This document shows, piece after piece, positions 62,468-64,000 of a stretch of DNA of 64,000 nt; position 1 is the first letter of the stretch; the number at the start of each line of letters is the position of its first letter. Made by a program: the position numbers and the translations under genes. Under the pieces are notes generated by a model, which was given only the letters and a program-made list of their open reading frames with translations, ran no database searches and had not been told where the DNA came from. Source of the DNA: Paraphysomonas bandaiensis (lineage: Eukaryota > Protista > Chrysophyceae); contig CBFFRP010000372.1 in assembly GCA_965644295.1 (NCBI GenBank), positions 57,751 through 121,750 of the forward strand, read 5' to 3'.

Positions 62468-62735
62468 TAAATAAGATTTAAGCTTATTAGTAAAACAATG
62501 TTGTGATTATTAGAGTGTAAGTAATGAACACGATAGAGTGAAAATTATAAATAACAATATAGAATGTACTATCATGCACAACGGAATAGTTAGAAGTGTA
62601 ACTGATAATGACGACGTTAGTGATTGACGATTCACGTATCTTCGACAGATACTCTCTCTCTAATTCAGTTCATGGTATATTTCATTGAACATTATAACTC
62701 ACAGATACAATCATGTATTAAGCTGAATCCTAATA
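62468..62735 (-). repeat. LTR A (3' LTR of the RT-RNaseH element)
   Basis: Immediately preceded on the minus strand by PPT TGAGGAGGCG. Near-identical to LTR B. Confidence 0.85.
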
Positions 62736-62967
62736 CGCCTCCTCAATGAAATAATCTGTGAATCGTAGATAATAGAGAGAATATGAACTTATGCACACTG
62801 AGAGTAAAAACCAGTGAGTGGCAGTCACTAGTCAATAATAAGCGAACTGCAGAGATGCCATTGTGAGACCATCCTTCTAGTCCAGCATCATGTATTGAAT
62901 AAAAATAAAAAAAATGGTAAAAACTCCGTGTAACTCAAACTAGCCACCTAGGGTCGCTTGTGGCTTG

Positions 62968-64000
62968 TTAATTGTGATTTAGGTGTCTCCTGAGGTTGTT
63001 GATCGCTTTCTGTTGCTGCTGGATGGGATGTCGAACCCAGCTCCCCCCATCAATGTAGTTCGCAATTGAAGAAAAATTAGTTGTTCCTAGTGGTTTCGTG
63101 AGAAGATCGGCTAACATTGACGTGGTGGGAATATGGTCAACAGTCAATTGGTTTTCGGCAATATTTTCTCGTGGAATGAAATGATACCGTATCGCAATAT
63201 GTTTCGTACGACGATGATGAGTAGGATTGTAGCATAATTGGACTGCCCCTTGCATACCAGTCGCACCAAATAGTTGTTGAGAATGGAAGTTTGAAACCAA
63301 TTTCTGATAATAAAGAGCGGTAGCCATAATGCTTCCTGAGCTGCTGACGATAGAGCCATATACTCAGCTTCAGTAGATGACAATGCCACAGTTGTCTGTA
63401 ATCGAGATTGCCATGATATAAGACAATTACCTATGAAGAATGTAAAAGCTGTAGTGGACTGTCGAGTGAGGTGACATCGTGCCCAATCGCTATCGCAGTA
63501 TCCTGACAATGTTATGTGGGATCCAGAATATATCAATCCTTGCTTAGCAGTGCCTTTGAGATACCTAAGAACATGTAACGCAGCATTACAGGCAGTTAGA
63601 TTAGGCATATCAGAAAATCTGGCAAGAGTATTGACTCGCGTAGGCGATATCCGGTCGAGTGCATACAGCTAGATACATCAGGGAACCTATGAGCTCCTTG
63701 TAAGGGAAATTCTGAACATAACTTTGATTTGACTCTTGAAAGATGATTGTATTCATGTAAATCATAGTTGAAAGACAGTAACATAGGTGTTGACATGGGT
63801 TTACTGTTGGACATGTTGAATTTGTCCAGCAGTTTTCTGACATACTGCTCCTGGACTGAGAGCTCGCATATTTTTGTCAAAATCTTGATGAATGGAGATG
63901 CCCAAGTAATAATCTAGGAGTCCGAGATCCGTAATTTCGAACTTTTTGGATAAATGATCTTTTGAATTGTTGGATATCAGTGTCGGATGTAGATGCTATA
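62968..64000 (-). mobile_element. Ty1/copia RT C-terminal half and RNase H (frameshifted; continues beyond the window)
   Basis: YLGI, YKELIGSLMYLAVCTRPDIAYA, LRYLKGT, GYCDSDWA, SSTEAEY, RTKHI.IRYHF and ADLLTKPL. Confidence 0.95.

Noticed and set aside
62485-62735. LTR A as a MITE because of TATTAG...CTAATA inverted ends
   Set aside because: It follows a PPT, its twin precedes a PBS and gag, and homology extends past the 6-mer, so it is an LTR.

Overview
Gene-dense eukaryotic nuclear DNA with the standard genetic code and short (~45-60 nt) GT-AG introns. Gene content and intron size suggest a stramenopile-like protist (inference). About 18 host genes are present, many in head-to-head pairs: M14 zinc carboxypeptidase, PKA/PKG-like pseudokinase, tandem-USP protein, Sfi1-like protein, coiled-coil protein, MscS channel, tandem-FHA protein, sugar porter, RPL8/uL2, MIU-like/HSP20-like protein, PIG-T/Gpi16, fused alpha-beta 2-oxoacid dehydrogenase E1, ethanolamine-phosphate cytidylyltransferase, S28 serine peptidase and an ABCC transporter. 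Between them lie hAT transposase relics, MITEs, a 5'-truncated RNase H-bearing LINE with an 11-bp TSD, two long (TACA)n arrays and a Ty1/copia complex at the right end. The copia complex is the most unusual structure. An RT-RNaseH module and an RT-less gag-PR-IN module sit in tandem with near-identical LTRs that start TA. The RT-less type recurs elsewhere in the window with the same RT-stub junction and a conserved pre-PPT motif, and it carries a perfect 20-nt internal complement of the LTR start. A cooperating two-component retroelement is a hypothesis only, because the left part of the RT element lies outside the window. Exon boundaries and alignments were read by eye; no database searches were run.
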